Assembly (NCBI GenBank): GCA_019352195.1
Contig: JACAFG010000006.1
Coordinates: forward strand, 1-51,222
Direction: 5' to 3'
Source of the DNA: Candidatus Saccharimonadota bacterium
GTDB taxonomy: Bacteria > Patescibacteriota > Saccharimonadia > UBA4664
Length of the DNA stretch: 51,222 nt
This document shows positions 25,738 through 35,863 of the stretch, in pieces; within the stretch, counting starts at the first letter, position 1; every line of letters starts with the position of its first letter. The translations under genes and the position numbers were made by a program. Below the pieces are notes generated by a model that had not been told where the DNA came from, made no database searches, and saw nothing but the letters and a program-made list of their open reading frames with translations.

Positions 25738-25787
25738 TGCCCCACTATGATAGCCACTTCAAACCTGGTAGCGCCGGACACGAGCGC

Positions 25788-26687
25788 ATGAAATTACGGG
25801 GGCCCGCAGCGGCTATTGCCGTAATAACCGTTGTGATACTGGCGGCGGCGGTGACGGTGCTCCATATGGGCGGGGCGGTTATCCTCAACCCCAAAGGTAT
25901 GGTGGCCGACCAAGAGCGAACGCTGCTGATTGTGGCAACAGGTTTATCGCTGCTCGTGATCATTCCGGTATTTATCATGACCTTGGTTATAACCTGGCGC
26001 TACCGCGAGACCAATACCAAAGCCACATACCAACCCAATTGGGACCGCAGCCGGACTGCTGAAACGATTTGGTGGCTCATCCCGACGGCCCTCATCTTGG
26101 CCTTATCAATTATTACCTGGCAAAGCTCGCATAGTCTTGATCCGGCGAAAGCGTTAGCTTCGTCGACGCCGCCGATCACGGTGCAAGTCATTGCGCTCGA
26201 CTGGAAATGGCTGTTTATTTACCCAGACCAGCATGTGGCCTCGGTCAATATGGTGCAGTTTCCCGAAGGCACCCCCGTGCATTTTGTCATCACATCAGAC
26301 GCGCCCATGAACTCATTTTGGATTCCGGCGCTGGGCGGTCAAATCTACGCTATGCCCGGGATGTCGACCCAGCTAAACCTGATGGCCAACACGACTGGTG
26401 ATTTTAAGGGTTCATCGGCGAACATTAGCGGCGTCGGGTTTGCCAGCATGCGTTTTGTCGCGCGTTCCAGCTCGCAACTGGCATTTGAGCAGTGGGTCGC
26501 TGCGGCCAAGGCATCGGGAAATGCTCTCACCCAAGCTAGCTACGACCAGCTCGCCAAACCCAGCAGCAATAACGCGGTGAAGGTGTACACCTTAACGGAC
26601 CGTAGCCTGTATGATAGGACGGTGATGAAGTATATGATGCCGCTGCCACAATCATCGGAGCTTGGTAGTTACGGGAGTACCCAGTGA
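25788..26687 (+). CDS. cyoA: cytochrome o-type quinol oxidase subunit II
   Basis: Met18 of the track [27 protein letters not shown]. The CuA Cys ligands are absent ([12 protein letters not shown]), as in quinol oxidases. Confidence 0.9.
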   Translation: MKLRGPAAAIAVITVVILAAAVTVLHMGGAVILNPKGMVADQERTLLIVATGLSLLVIIPVFIMTLVITWRYRETNTKATYQPNWDRSRTAETIWWLIPTALILALSIITWQSSHSLDPAKALASSTPPITVQVIALDWKWLFIYPDQHVASVNMVQFPEGTPVHFVITSDAPMNSFWIPALGGQIYAMPGMSTQLNLMANTTGDFKGSSANISGVGFASMRFVARSSSQLAFEQWVAAAKASGNALTQASYDQLAKPSSNNAVKVYTLTDRSLYDRTVMKYMMPLPQSSELGSYGSTQ

Positions 26688-28660
26688 ACCTTGCTGGCCG
26701 CTTAACAGTATCTGCGTTTATGCATGACCCCATTACCATGGGCGGCGTCCTGATGATGATTGTGCTGGGTTTGGGTGTCGTCGGGGCGCTGTTTTATTTT
26801 AAGCGCTGGCGCTGGCTGTGGCGGGAGTGGCTGACGGCGCTCGACCCCAAGAAGATTGGCGTTATGTACCTCGGCCTGGCGTCGTTTATGCTGCTGCGCG
26901 GTGTGGCCGATGTCATGATGATTCGGGTACAGCAAGCAACCTCGGTGGGTGCTTCGCACGGGATTGTCTCGACCGACACGTTCCAGCAAGTATTTTCGGC
27001 CCATGGCACCATCATGATTTTCTTTGTCGCGATGGGCTTTATGTTTGGACTTATCAACCTCATTGTGCCGCTGCAAATTGGTGCCCGCGACGTGGCGTTT
27101 CCGTTTCTCAATTCGGTGAGTTTTTGGCTCTACGCCAGCGGTCTGGCGCTCATCAACTTGTCACTGGTAATTGGATCATTCTCGCCCGCCGGGTGGCTCG
27201 CGTATCCCCCACTGTCGGAGCTCGCGTATAGCCCGGGGGTCGGCGTCGATTATTGGATCTGGAGTTTGCAGATTGCGGGTCTTGGCAGTTTGTTGTCCGG
27301 CATTAACTTTACCGTCACGATCTTACGCATGCGCGCCGTGGGTATGAGCTTAATGAAAATGCCCATTTTCGTTTGGAGCGTGTTGTGCGCGATGGCGCTG
27401 GTGATTTTTGCCTTCCCGATTCTCACCGCAACCCTGGCCATGCTGGCGCTCGACCGCACCTTGGGGATGCACTTTTTCACCGCGACGGGCGGCGGCAACC
27501 CGATGATGTACGTCAACCTGATTTGGTCATGGGGGCATCCGGAAGTGTATATTTTGATGCTGCCGGCGTTTGGTATCTACTCTGAGATTGTGGCGACCTT
27601 TGCGCGTAAACGCCTGTTTGGTTACAAATCGATGGTCTTTGCTCTGGGGGCCATTACGGTGCTGTCGTTTATTGTTTGGCTGCATCACTTCTTCACCATG
27701 GGGGCCGGGGCCGACGTGAACGCCTTCTTTGGCATTATGACCGGAGTTATTGCCATCCCCACCGGCGTCAAAGTGTTTAACTGGCTCTTTACGATGTACC
27801 GCGGGCGCATCAAATTTGCCACCCCAATGTACTGGTTCTTGGGCTTCGTGTTTACCTTTACGATTGGCGGCATGACCGGAGTGCTTATGAGCGTACCGGC
27901 CATCGATTTCCAGGTGCATAATACCTTGTTTTTAGTCGCTCACTTTCACAACATGATTATTGGCGGCGTGTTGTTTGGCTATTTTGCCGGTTTTAGTTAT
28001 TGGTTTCCTAAAATGTTTGGCTTCAAGCTCAACGAACGACTGGGTAGATATGCCTTTTGGTGTTGGTTTGTCGGCTTTTTGGTAGCCTTCATGCCGCTGT
28101 ATATTTTGGGACTGATGGGTGCGACGCGCCGACTCGATCACTACGACGCCTCGATGGGTTGGCAGTGGCTGTTTATTGTGGCCGGGGTGGGAGTGGCCAT
28201 CATTTGCGCCGGTATTGGCTTTCAGCTGTTACAGCTGGCGGTTAGTATTTGGAAGCGCAAGGCCAATCAAGACCTCACAGGGGACCCGTGGAATGGACGC
28301 ACGCTCGAGTGGTCGGTGGCCTCACCCGCCCCCGTCTACAACTTTGCCGTCTTACCGGTCGTTTCCGAGCGCGATCCGTTTTGGGAAGCCAAAGAGGCAA
28401 ACCAGGCTTACGGCTTGGCCAAATACAGCGATATTGTGATGCCAAAAAACTCCGGCATGGGTCTTATCATTGCCGGTTTTGCCTTCATTTTTGGCTTCGC
28501 GGTGGTATGGCATATATGGTGGCTGGTGGCGCTCGCGTTACTGGGCGTAATCGTGAGTATTGTGGTGCGGGCGTCTGATGATGATACCGAAGCCATTATT
28601 CCGGCAGCCGAGGTGCAGCGGCTTGAGGCGGCGGCGCGCGCCAGGAGGCAAACCGCATGA
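26684..28660 (+). CDS. cyoB: cytochrome o-type quinol oxidase subunit I (heme-copper oxidase)
   Basis: 658 aa. GTG start overlapping the cyoA stop. [11 protein letters not shown] and HHFFTMG motifs. Confidence 0.95.
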   Translation: MNLAGRLTVSAFMHDPITMGGVLMMIVLGLGVVGALFYFKRWRWLWREWLTALDPKKIGVMYLGLASFMLLRGVADVMMIRVQQATSVGASHGIVSTDTFQQVFSAHGTIMIFFVAMGFMFGLINLIVPLQIGARDVAFPFLNSVSFWLYASGLALINLSLVIGSFSPAGWLAYPPLSELAYSPGVGVDYWIWSLQIAGLGSLLSGINFTVTILRMRAVGMSLMKMPIFVWSVLCAMALVIFAFPILTATLAMLALDRTLGMHFFTATGGGNPMMYVNLIWSWGHPEVYILMLPAFGIYSEIVATFARKRLFGYKSMVFALGAITVLSFIVWLHHFFTMGAGADVNAFFGIMTGVIAIPTGVKVFNWLFTMYRGRIKFATPMYWFLGFVFTFTIGGMTGVLMSVPAIDFQVHNTLFLVAHFHNMIIGGVLFGYFAGFSYWFPKMFGFKLNERLGRYAFWCWFVGFLVAFMPLYILGLMGATRRLDHYDASMGWQWLFIVAGVGVAIICAGIGFQLLQLAVSIWKRKANQDLTGDPWNGRTLEWSVASPAPVYNFAVLPVVSERDPFWEAKEANQAYGLAKYSDIVMPKNSGMGLIIAGFAFIFGFAVVWHIWWLVALALLGVIVSIVVRASDDDTEAIIPAAEVQRLEAAARARRQTA

Positions 28661-29244
28661 GCGTAGTCCGCGCCGTCGCGCCACCTGACAACGACAAAAC
28701 CCTGTTTGGTTTTTGGGTCTATCTCATGACCGACTGTGTATTTTTTGCCAGTCTGTTTGCTACCTACGCGGTGCTTCACACGAGCACCTTTGGCGGTCCC
28801 GGCAGCGCGCAACTGTTTGATTTGCCACCAGTGCTCGCGGAAACCTTCATCTTACTCACCAGCAGCTTCACGGCCGGGCTAGCCATGCTTGCAGCCCACC
28901 GCGGGAACAAGCACCAGGTCCTCGGCTGGCTAATGGTGACGTTTGTCCTGGGTGCCGCCTTTTTAGGCTTAGAGCTTAAGGAATTCCACCACCTCGCCAC
29001 TACCGGCAACAGCTGGAGGCGCAGCGGCTTTTTGTCGGCCTTCTTTACGCTCGTGGGGACGCACGGGCTGCACATCAGCGTTGGGCTCGTGTGGATGGGC
29101 GTGCTCATGACTAAGGTGTGGCGGAGCGGTTTAACGGCGGTAAACTTGAAACGTCTGACGCTAGTGAGTTTGTTTTGGCACTTCTTAGATATTATTTGGA
29201 TTTTCATCTTCACCATGGTTTATCTGATGGGGTCACTGTCATGA
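28657..29244 (+). CDS. cyoC: quinol oxidase subunit III
   Basis: 195 aa, 5 TM helices. [14 protein letters not shown] motif. ATGA overlap with cyoB. Confidence 0.9.
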   Translation: MSVVRAVAPPDNDKTLFGFWVYLMTDCVFFASLFATYAVLHTSTFGGPGSAQLFDLPPVLAETFILLTSSFTAGLAMLAAHRGNKHQVLGWLMVTFVLGAAFLGLELKEFHHLATTGNSWRRSGFLSAFFTLVGTHGLHISVGLVWMGVLMTKVWRSGLTAVNLKRLTLVSLFWHFLDIIWIFIFTMVYLMGSLS

Positions 29245-29588
29245 AACGCACCCCGAGCCCGCTGGCGGCTTACGTTACCGGTTTTGGGTTGTCACTCGTA
29301 CTCACCTTGGCCGCGTACTTACTGGTGACCGGACGCCTGTTTTCAAACCAGGTCCTTATCTATCTCATTGCGGCGTTGGCGCTCATTCAGTTTGGCGTGC
29401 AGATGGTGTTCTTCCTACACCTCGGCCAAGAATCACGCCCGCGCTGGAAGCTCCTCGTAATGGGATTCATGGTGATGGTGGTCGTGATCTTGGTAGTGGG
29501 TTCGATTTGGATTATGAACAACCTGAGCTATCACAGCCTGTCGCCGAGTCAAGTTAATACCTACATTCATAATCAAGACGGACTGTAG
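29241..29588 (+). CDS. cyoD: quinol oxidase subunit IV
   Basis: Met42 of ORF 29118..29588 (ATGA overlap with cyoC). 115 aa, 3 TM helices. VQMVFFLHLG and GSIWIMNNL motifs. Confidence 0.85.
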   Translation: MKRTPSPLAAYVTGFGLSLVLTLAAYLLVTGRLFSNQVLIYLIAALALIQFGVQMVFFLHLGQESRPRWKLLVMGFMVMVVVILVVGSIWIMNNLSYHSLSPSQVNTYIHNQDGL

Positions 29589-30448
29589 TGGCGTCAGTTC
29601 GGGCATATTACGAGCTGACCAAGCCGGGGATCATTTACGGTAACTTGCTGACGGCCGCAGCGGGGTTTTTGTTAGCAGCGCGTTGGCAGATCAACTGGCT
29701 CTTATTGATCTCGGCCATGGTCGGGACGTCGCTCGTGATCGCATCGGCCTGTGTCTTTAACAATTACATCGACCGGGGGATCGATTTACAAATGGCCCGC
29801 ACGAGACAGCGCGCGATCGCAACGGGCGCAATTTCGGGACGCGCCGCCTTGGTATACGGCGCCGTGTTGGGGCTGATTGGAATCGTGGTTTTGATACTGG
29901 GCACGAACTGGCTAACACTGGGGATTGGACTGGCCGGGTTTATCATTTACGTGGCGCTTTATGGCTATAGCAAACGTAAATCGGTCTACGGGACAATTAT
30001 CGGGAGTGTATCGGGAGCAGCGCCCATTGCGGCTGGCTATACCGCCGTTACCAATCATGTTGATGGCGGCGCGCTACTGTTGTTTAGTTTTATGGTTATT
30101 TGGCAGATGCCCCATTTCTATGCCATTGCGCTCTACCGACTGAGCGATTACACGGCAGCGCATTTGCCGGTGTTACCGGTCGTGCGGGGCGTCAGTCTGA
30201 CCAGGCGGCACATGATTTACTACATGATCGCGCTCGTCTTGGTGGTGCCGCTCTTGACGGTGTTTGGCTACACGGGATATGTCTACCTGATCGTCATGGT
30301 AATCATGAGTTTGGCCTGGCTCAGGCTTGGCATCGTGGGTGTGCGGGCACGCGACGTGACAAAATGGGCACGCCAAGTGTTCTTGTTTTCACTCGTGGTG
30401 CTGGTTAGCTTTTCGGTGATGGTAGCGGTTGGCGGAGTTTGGCCGTAA
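29588..30448 (+). CDS. cyoE: protoheme IX farnesyltransferase (heme O synthase)
   Basis: 286 aa. GTG overlapping the cyoD TAG by 1 nt. YELTKPGI..NYIDRGID..TRQR UbiA-type motifs. Confidence 0.92.
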   Translation: MASVRAYYELTKPGIIYGNLLTAAAGFLLAARWQINWLLLISAMVGTSLVIASACVFNNYIDRGIDLQMARTRQRAIATGAISGRAALVYGAVLGLIGIVVLILGTNWLTLGIGLAGFIIYVALYGYSKRKSVYGTIIGSVSGAAPIAAGYTAVTNHVDGGALLLFSFMVIWQMPHFYAIALYRLSDYTAAHLPVLPVVRGVSLTRRHMIYYMIALVLVVPLLTVFGYTGYVYLIVMVIMSLAWLRLGIVGVRARDVTKWARQVFLFSLVVLVSFSVMVAVGGVWP

Positions 30449-30467
30449 GCGCTATACTGGAGCTATT

Positions 30468-30722
30468 ATGATGATACTTTTACACATTGTGACGGCGCTC
30501 GCGAGTATGATCCTAGCCACGCTTAGCTTTATGAAGCCGTCGGTTGGCCGATTAAGCGCATCCTATGCGTTGGTAGCCGGGACGCTCGTAACGGGTACCT
30601 ACTTGGTGCTGAGCACGCATGTCGCCATGCTGCAAACGTGCGCCACTGGTCTGGCGTACTTGGTGATGGTAAGTGCCGCGCTCCTGGGGGCCAAAGCCAA
30701 GCTCGCTAAACAACGCCTGTAG
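30468..30722 (+). CDS. small 3-TM membrane protein at the end of the cyo operon
   Basis: Internal ATG with GGAG 6 nt upstream. 84 aa: MMILLHIVTALASMILATLSF... Confidence 0.55.
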   Translation: MMILLHIVTALASMILATLSFMKPSVGRLSASYALVAGTLVTGTYLVLSTHVAMLQTCATGLAYLVMVSAALLGAKAKLAKQRL

Positions 30723-30778
30723 TTCGCCGCCCCACGGCTGTGTTTGGGTGACTGGGGTCAGGCAATGGTCGCATTTCA

Positions 30779-30807
30779 TTGACTTTTTAGTCTTTTTATT
30801 TTACAAT
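30779..30807 (+). promoter_or_regulatory. near-consensus promoter TTGACT-17 nt-TACAAT
   Basis: Read directly, about 30 nt upstream of ATG 30837. Confidence 0.6.
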
Positions 30808-30808
30808 T

Positions 30809-30826
30809 ATTGATTATTTAATCAAT
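30809..30826. promoter_or_regulatory. perfect inverted repeat ATTGATTA-tt-TAATCAAT immediately after the -10
   Basis: Read directly. An operator-like position overlapping the predicted transcription start. Confidence 0.5.
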
Positions 30827-30836
30827 CTGCGTAGCG

Positions 30837-31741
30837 ATGACTCGACAATTACAACTGAGCCGCCCCATAATTGCCCTCCAACTTATCTTGGCGACTCTAT
30901 TTGGTATGGCGGCGGTGGCCTATTACTGCCATCATGACGCCGATTCCCGCGCCGACACGGTAAGTTCAGGGCCAGCACTGAATGATAGCTACGGCATCTC
31001 GGCCTCATTTAATGGGTTGTCAAGCGATGAGCTGACCAGCCAGACGGCTGCCATCAGGGCAACCGGGGCGTCGTGGGTTCGCTACGACTTGCGTTGAAGC
31101 GAAGTCCCACAGGCGGGGCCAAGCAGCTACGCTTGGGCCAACGCCGACAGGGTGACGACCGCGGCTACTAGAGCCGGGCTCAATGTGGATATGATTATCG
31201 ACCTCACTCCCCCACTGCTCCAGCGCTGAGCGCTGCGCACTAGCTGAAGCTTCAGCCTACGCGACCTTAGCCGGCGCCGAGTACCGGAGGCGACCTCCGC
31301 CCGGACGACTTTGTCAGCGCCATGTATGCGGCCGGTGCCGCGGGCAGCTTTGACGCGCTCGCCGTGCATCCCTATACCTACCCGATGCTCCCCAACGACA
31401 GCACCGCGGCCGACCCATAGGGGCAAATGACGGGCATCCACAATCTGATGGCTAAAAACGGAGACGGCAATAAACTCATTTGGATTACCGAATTTGGTGC
31501 GCCCACCAGTGGCCGAGGCGGTACGAATGACGTCTTTGTGTCCGAAGACACTCAGGCCCAAATCTTGTCGCAAGCCGCCGCGCTATACCACAAACAAAGC
31601 TGGAGCGGCCCGTTGTTTTGGTACAACTGGCAGGACAGTAACGGCGACAGCAGTGAAAACCATTATGGTTTAGTGCGCGTCGATGGCTCGCATAAGCCGG
31701 CCTACGACGTCTTGACCGCGCTCACCCGAAAAATAAGTTAG
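30837..31741 (+). pseudogene. decayed clan GH-A-like (cellulase/PslG-like) glycoside hydrolase
   Basis: N-terminal signal anchor, then ATGASWVRYDLR-TGA(31095)-SEVPQAGPSSYAWANADRV...TGA(31227). Frame change to DDFVSAMYAAGAAGSFDALAVHPYTYP..DP-TAG(31418)-GQMTGIHNLM..KLIWITEFGAP..YNWQD. That is at least 3 in-frame stops plus 1 frameshift. Confidence 0.7.
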
Positions 31742-32166
31742 GCGGCTTTTTCGAGCTGTTGCTTACGCGCTTCGTTAGCCCAGTGATCGGCCAGTTCGTT
31801 GCCGGGGTCATTGTTATGACCGCGTACCCAAACGAGTTCGGCTTTCGACTGCCGATAGAGCGGACAAACTTCTTTGACGATGTCGATGTTTTTGATGGCA
31901 CCGCCTTTTTTGATCCAGTTGTTTTTCTCCCATGCGAGCGACCATTTGGTAATAACGTTAATCCAAAATTCGGAATCAGTGTAAATTTGGCAGGGCTCGC
32001 CAGCCGCATCTTTGAGGGCAGCGATCAGGGCCAGACCTTCCATGCGGATATTGGTCGTATCGGCCGGCTCCCCGCCTAAAACGTGGGGCTGCATTTCCTT
32101 AATGACGGCAAACCCGCCGGTGCCCGGGTTAGGCTCGCAGCTACCGTCGGTGTAGTAGGTAATCAT
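31738..32166 (-). CDS. rnhA: ribonuclease HI
   Basis: 142 aa. YTDGSC..NPG, NIRMEGLA, YTDSE and GHNNDPGNELAD motifs. Confidence 0.92.
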   Translation of the reverse strand: MITYYTDGSCEPNPGTGGFAVIKEMQPHVLGGEPADTTNIRMEGLALIAALKDAAGEPCQIYTDSEFWINVITKWSLAWEKNNWIKKGGAIKNIDIVKEVCPLYRQSKAELVWVRGHNNDPGNELADHWANEARKQQLEKAA

Positions 32167-32224
32167 TTACCTATACTACCTGTCGTCGGCCTGACACGCT
32201 ACCTCGGTGCTCTTGGCGTTAGGG

Positions 32225-32587
32225 TTACTTAAGTTTACGCGAGGCCGACATTTGCCGTCGGCGTTGCCAAGCCCACCACTGCTCCAACGCTAAGGTTCCG
32301 TACGGCGGCACGCTGGCAGCTACGGCCACCACGAGCATAAGCTTTGACTTTTTGAGACTTGGCCAAATGACGATAACGCCGACCAAATAAATCACAAACA
32401 AGGTGCCATGAAATTTGCCGGCAATTTGGACGGGCAAATAGCTATGGGGCGTCAGGTATTTATTGATTAAGATGCCGCTGATGAGCAGCGTCCAGCCAAT
32501 AGCTTCGCCAAAGGCCGCGATGCGAAATAAGCTCCAGGCTTCGGCTTCGGTAAATAAATGACCGCCGGTTGGTTCGGGTTGAGACAT
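32225..32587 (-). CDS. DUF3817-like small membrane protein
   Basis: 120 aa, 4 TM helices. FRIAAFGEAIGWTLL...GKFHGTLFVIY pattern. Confidence 0.65.
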   Translation of the reverse strand: MSQPEPTGGHLFTEAEAWSLFRIAAFGEAIGWTLLISGILINKYLTPHSYLPVQIAGKFHGTLFVIYLVGVIVIWPSLKKSKLMLVVAVAASVPPYGTLALEQWWAWQRRRQMSASRKLK

Positions 32588-32651
32588 ATTGGCTCTATTT
32601 TAACATTGGTCATAGACCAGACCGGGCGTTTTAGGCTATGCTTTGATAACG

Positions 32652-34823
32652 ATGGCTACCAATAGTCACAACCAAACTCCGATCACGCGCCCCAAGCGTT
32701 GGGTACGCATCGTGGTGCCGGCGGTCATAATTGTGGCCTGGTTTGTGGTGGCTGGGTTCGGCGGCCCGACTTTTGGCAAGCTCGCCTCAGTGTCGACCAA
32801 TGACCAAGCGGCTTTTTTGCCGGCTAGCGCCGATAGTACCAAGGTGGCGGCCATCCAAGCAGGGTTTGCCGATTCGAAAGCGATTCCAGCGATTGTCGTG
32901 GTAACTTCGGGGAGCAAATTTGCTCCCTATCAGCTGGGCAGCTACGCCATCTTGGGCCAAAGCCTGGGTAAAGTTGACGGTGTGCAGGCGCCGGCTCCGG
33001 GACAAACCACGACGGTGGGTGGACCCATTCCATCGGCTGATGGCTACGCGGTAGAGTACATCGTGCCCATTTCAGATACGAAAAATGTTGATGTCGTCGT
33101 CAAAAACCTCCGCCAAGTCGTGCATGCTGAAGCGCCCGCGGGTACAAAAAGCTATGTTACGGGTCCAGCCGGTTTATCGGCTGATCTGGTGACGGCGTTT
33201 GGCGGCATCGACGGCATTTTGCTCGCCGTGGCGCTGGGAGCAGTCTTTATTATTTTGCTGCTCGTTTATCGCTCGATTGTGCTCCCGTTTGTGGTGTTGT
33301 TTACGTCTATGTTTGCCCTCACGGGCGCCATCTTGCTCGTCTACGGGTTAGCTTACTGGAATGTGATTAAGCTCAATGGCCAAAGCCAAGGTATTTTGTC
33401 GATTTTAGTCATTGGCGCGGCGACCGATTATTCATTACTGCTATCGGCACGGTACCGGGAAGCCTTGGAGCGCACCGAAGATAAGTGGGCCGCTATTACC
33501 GGCGCGATCAAAAATGCCATCGAGCCCATTGCCGCGTCGGCTGCCACGGTTATTTTGGCCTTATTGTGTTTGCTGTTTTCAGACCTTAATTCCAACCGTA
33601 GCCTCGGGCCGATTGCGGCCATTGGTATCGCCTTCTCGTTTTTGGCAGCCATAACGTTACTACCCGCGTTACTGTATGCCTTTGGGCGCCGCGTTTACTG
33701 GCCACAAACACCCAAGGTCGTGACGGAGCATCCCCATGATACGACCGGGCAGTCGGTTCACGGTCTGGAAGGCATTACGGGTTTGTGGCGCCGAGTAGGC
33801 AGCCTCATCGCCAGGCATCCTCGCGCGACGTGGCTCGTGGCTTTGGCGGTTTTGGGCGCCTGTATTTTGGGTCTGCCACAGCTAAAAGCGAGTGGCGTGC
33901 CGCAAACGGCGCTCATTTTGTCGAAATCAGAAGCGGTCGACGGCCAAAAAGTCTTGGCGCAGCACTTTGACGCTGGCTCTGGCAGTCCGGTGGTTATTAT
34001 CACGAGCGCCGATAAAGCTGATGCCACACTGCACGCCATTACCACTACTCAGGGGATTGCCTCAGCTTACGTATACGCCGGCGACGGCAACCCAGCGGCT
34101 CTGGCCCAGCAGCCGCCGAAGGTGGTTGACGGCAAGGTACTGATTAACGCCACCTTGGCCGATCAAGCCGACTCTAATGCCGCCGAGCAAGTGGTGCGTA
34201 ACTTACGCTCTAGCCTGCCCGCGACCGACGCCAGCGTTAAGGTGGGCGGGGTTACTGCCATTGCGGTTGACACCAACGACACGGCGCGCACCGATTTGTT
34301 TAAGATTATTCCGATTGTCTTGGTTGTTATTCTGATTATCTTGATGCTGCTGCTTCGCTCCATTGTGGCCCCACTCCTCCTCATTGGCAGTGTGGTGGTG
34401 AGCTACGCGGCGACGCTGGGCGTGTCGGCACTGGTGTTTAATCACCTGTTTGGGTTTCCGGGGGCAGATCCAACGGTGCCGCTGTTTGGGTTTGTCTTCT
34501 TGGTAGCGCTAGGTGTTGATTACAACATTTTTCTGATGACGCGTGTGCGCGAAGAGTCGCTAAAAATTGGGACTCACGCCGGTATTTTACGCGGCCTCGG
34601 CGTTACCGGTAGTGTTATCACCTCGGCGGGCGTGGTCCTGGCCGTGACCTTTGCGGCGCTAGCTATTATTCCGATTTTGTTTTTGGCCCAAATTGCCTTC
34701 ATTGTAGCGTTTGGCGTTCTGCTCGACACCATTATCGTTCGTTCGCTGCTGGTACCGGCACTGGCCTACGACATGGGGCGAATTATTTGGTGGCCGTCGA
34801 AGCTGTGGCGCCGCTCCCAGTGA
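32652..34823 (+). CDS. MMPL-family (RND superfamily) transporter, copy 2
   Basis: ATG at the fourth codon of the track ORF. GAATDYSLLLSARYREA and LGVDYNIFLMTRVREE motifs. Same architecture as copy 1. Confidence 0.9.
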   Translation: MATNSHNQTPITRPKRWVRIVVPAVIIVAWFVVAGFGGPTFGKLASVSTNDQAAFLPASADSTKVAAIQAGFADSKAIPAIVVVTSGSKFAPYQLGSYAILGQSLGKVDGVQAPAPGQTTTVGGPIPSADGYAVEYIVPISDTKNVDVVVKNLRQVVHAEAPAGTKSYVTGPAGLSADLVTAFGGIDGILLAVALGAVFIILLLVYRSIVLPFVVLFTSMFALTGAILLVYGLAYWNVIKLNGQSQGILSILVIGAATDYSLLLSARYREALERTEDKWAAITGAIKNAIEPIAASAATVILALLCLLFSDLNSNRSLGPIAAIGIAFSFLAAITLLPALLYAFGRRVYWPQTPKVVTEHPHDTTGQSVHGLEGITGLWRRVGSLIARHPRATWLVALAVLGACILGLPQLKASGVPQTALILSKSEAVDGQKVLAQHFDAGSGSPVVIITSADKADATLHAITTTQGIASAYVYAGDGNPAALAQQPPKVVDGKVLINATLADQADSNAAEQVVRNLRSSLPATDASVKVGGVTAIAVDTNDTARTDLFKIIPIVLVVILIILMLLLRSIVAPLLLIGSVVVSYAATLGVSALVFNHLFGFPGADPTVPLFGFVFLVALGVDYNIFLMTRVREESLKIGTHAGILRGLGVTGSVITSAGVVLAVTFAALAIIPILFLAQIAFIVAFGVLLDTIIVRSLLVPALAYDMGRIIWWPSKLWRRSQ

Positions 34824-34827
34824 TAAG

Positions 34828-35244
34828 CTAGCGCGCCTGAACGACCGCCAAGACGTTATCTTCGGGATCGTGGAGCCAAAACATTGGCGGTATATCAGGA
34901 CCAAAATCGGTCACTTCGGCATCAATTTTTACCCCAAGCTCCTTTAGCTGGGCATGCAGCGCCCGCGCGTCGTCGGTTTCAAAAGTAATGCCGGTATCTT
35001 GGCCGCCGGGCGTTGAACCAGGTCCGGGCGGGGTGATGGCAATGGTGGTGGGGGCGTCTGGCAACGCCACTTCAATCCATCTGAGGCCCGGGCCAAAGGG
35101 CGCATCGGCCCGTTTTTCAAGGCCGAGCGTATCGGTGTAGAATTTGAGCATCTTGTCCTGATCAACGGCCGGAAGTTTAATGTGGGCCAGACGGCTTAGC
35201 TTACGCGTCACTACAGCAAACCGCGGCGACGGTTGCGGCGGCAT
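34828..35244 (-). CDS. VOC/glyoxalase-family protein
   Basis: 138 aa (start possibly the internal GTG at 35211). HIKLPAVDQDKMLKFYTDTLGL and a betaalphabetabetabeta-type repeat. Confidence 0.78.
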   Translation of the reverse strand: MPPQPSPRFAVVTRKLSRLAHIKLPAVDQDKMLKFYTDTLGLEKRADAPFGPGLRWIEVALPDAPTTIAITPPGPGSTPGGQDTGITFETDDARALHAQLKELGVKIDAEVTDFGPDIPPMFWLHDPEDNVLAVVQAR

Positions 35245-35404
35245 ACGCCCATTACGGACACGGGTGAAAGTGCTCGTCCAATCATAATAACTTCTCCTTT
35301 ATTCTAAAATTACTGAGCTGACGAGAGCTCTTGAACTTCGGCCAAGCATAGCATTGTGGTGCGCGATTTCTTTGTCGCAAGTTCTAATAATAGGTCAACA
35401 AAAA

Positions 35405-35434
35405 CCCAAAAGGCCTCCAATGAGGCCTTTTGGG
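35405..35434 (-). terminator. strong hairpin downstream of 35452..35784
   Basis: cccaaaaggcctc-caat-gaggccttttggg, a perfect 13-bp stem. Confidence 0.8.
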
Positions 35435-35451
35435 TAGAAGGGTGTGAGCTC

Positions 35452-35784
35452 TTATGGCTGTTGACGGAAACCAACCACGTTACCAGTCTCATCCTTAACC
35501 GTCGCGATCAGCAAGCCGCCGCCCACGTCACCCGGCTCTTTAACGACTTCGGCACCAGCGGCGGTCATTTCGGCAATCGCAGCGGTGATATCCTTGGTGT
35601 CGGTGTATACAATTGGGCCAACGGTGGCGTTGGGATCGAGACCAACTTCAACGTCGCCGACTTTGTAACCAACGTAATAAGCGCCGTCGACATACGGCTC
35701 GGTACCGAGGTAGGTCGAGTAGAATTTCTTGGCGGCTTCGAGATCTTTAACGGGATAAACGGTGACGGTGATGGGGTTTGCCAT
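35452..35784 (-). CDS. small VOC/glyoxalase-family protein
   Basis: 110 aa. VYPVKDLEAAKKFYSTYLG motif. Divergent from marR. Confidence 0.78.
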   Translation of the reverse strand: MANPITVTVYPVKDLEAAKKFYSTYLGTEPYVDGAYYVGYKVGDVEVGLDPNATVGPIVYTDTKDITAAIAEMTAAGAEVVKEPGDVGGGLLIATVKDETGNVVGFRQQP

Positions 35785-35805
35785 AATGTGTCCTCTTGTA
35801 GAAAT

Positions 35806-35818
35806 TAGATTTTATCTA
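35806..35818. promoter_or_regulatory. short inverted repeat TAGAT-ttt-ATCTA in the VOC/MarR divergent spacer
   Basis: Read directly. Short, so weak evidence. Confidence 0.3.
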
Positions 35819-35863
35819 TATAATCAAGATACTTTAATATAGAGCTAGTGTCAAAGACTTTTT

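Noticed and set aside
31127-31573. 148-aa minus ORF across the middle of the glycoside-hydrolase region
   Set aside because: It spans exactly the decayed part of the plus-strand pseudogene. Its translation is Arg/Gly-rich without motifs, whereas the plus-strand fragments align conceptually into one GH-A-type enzyme.
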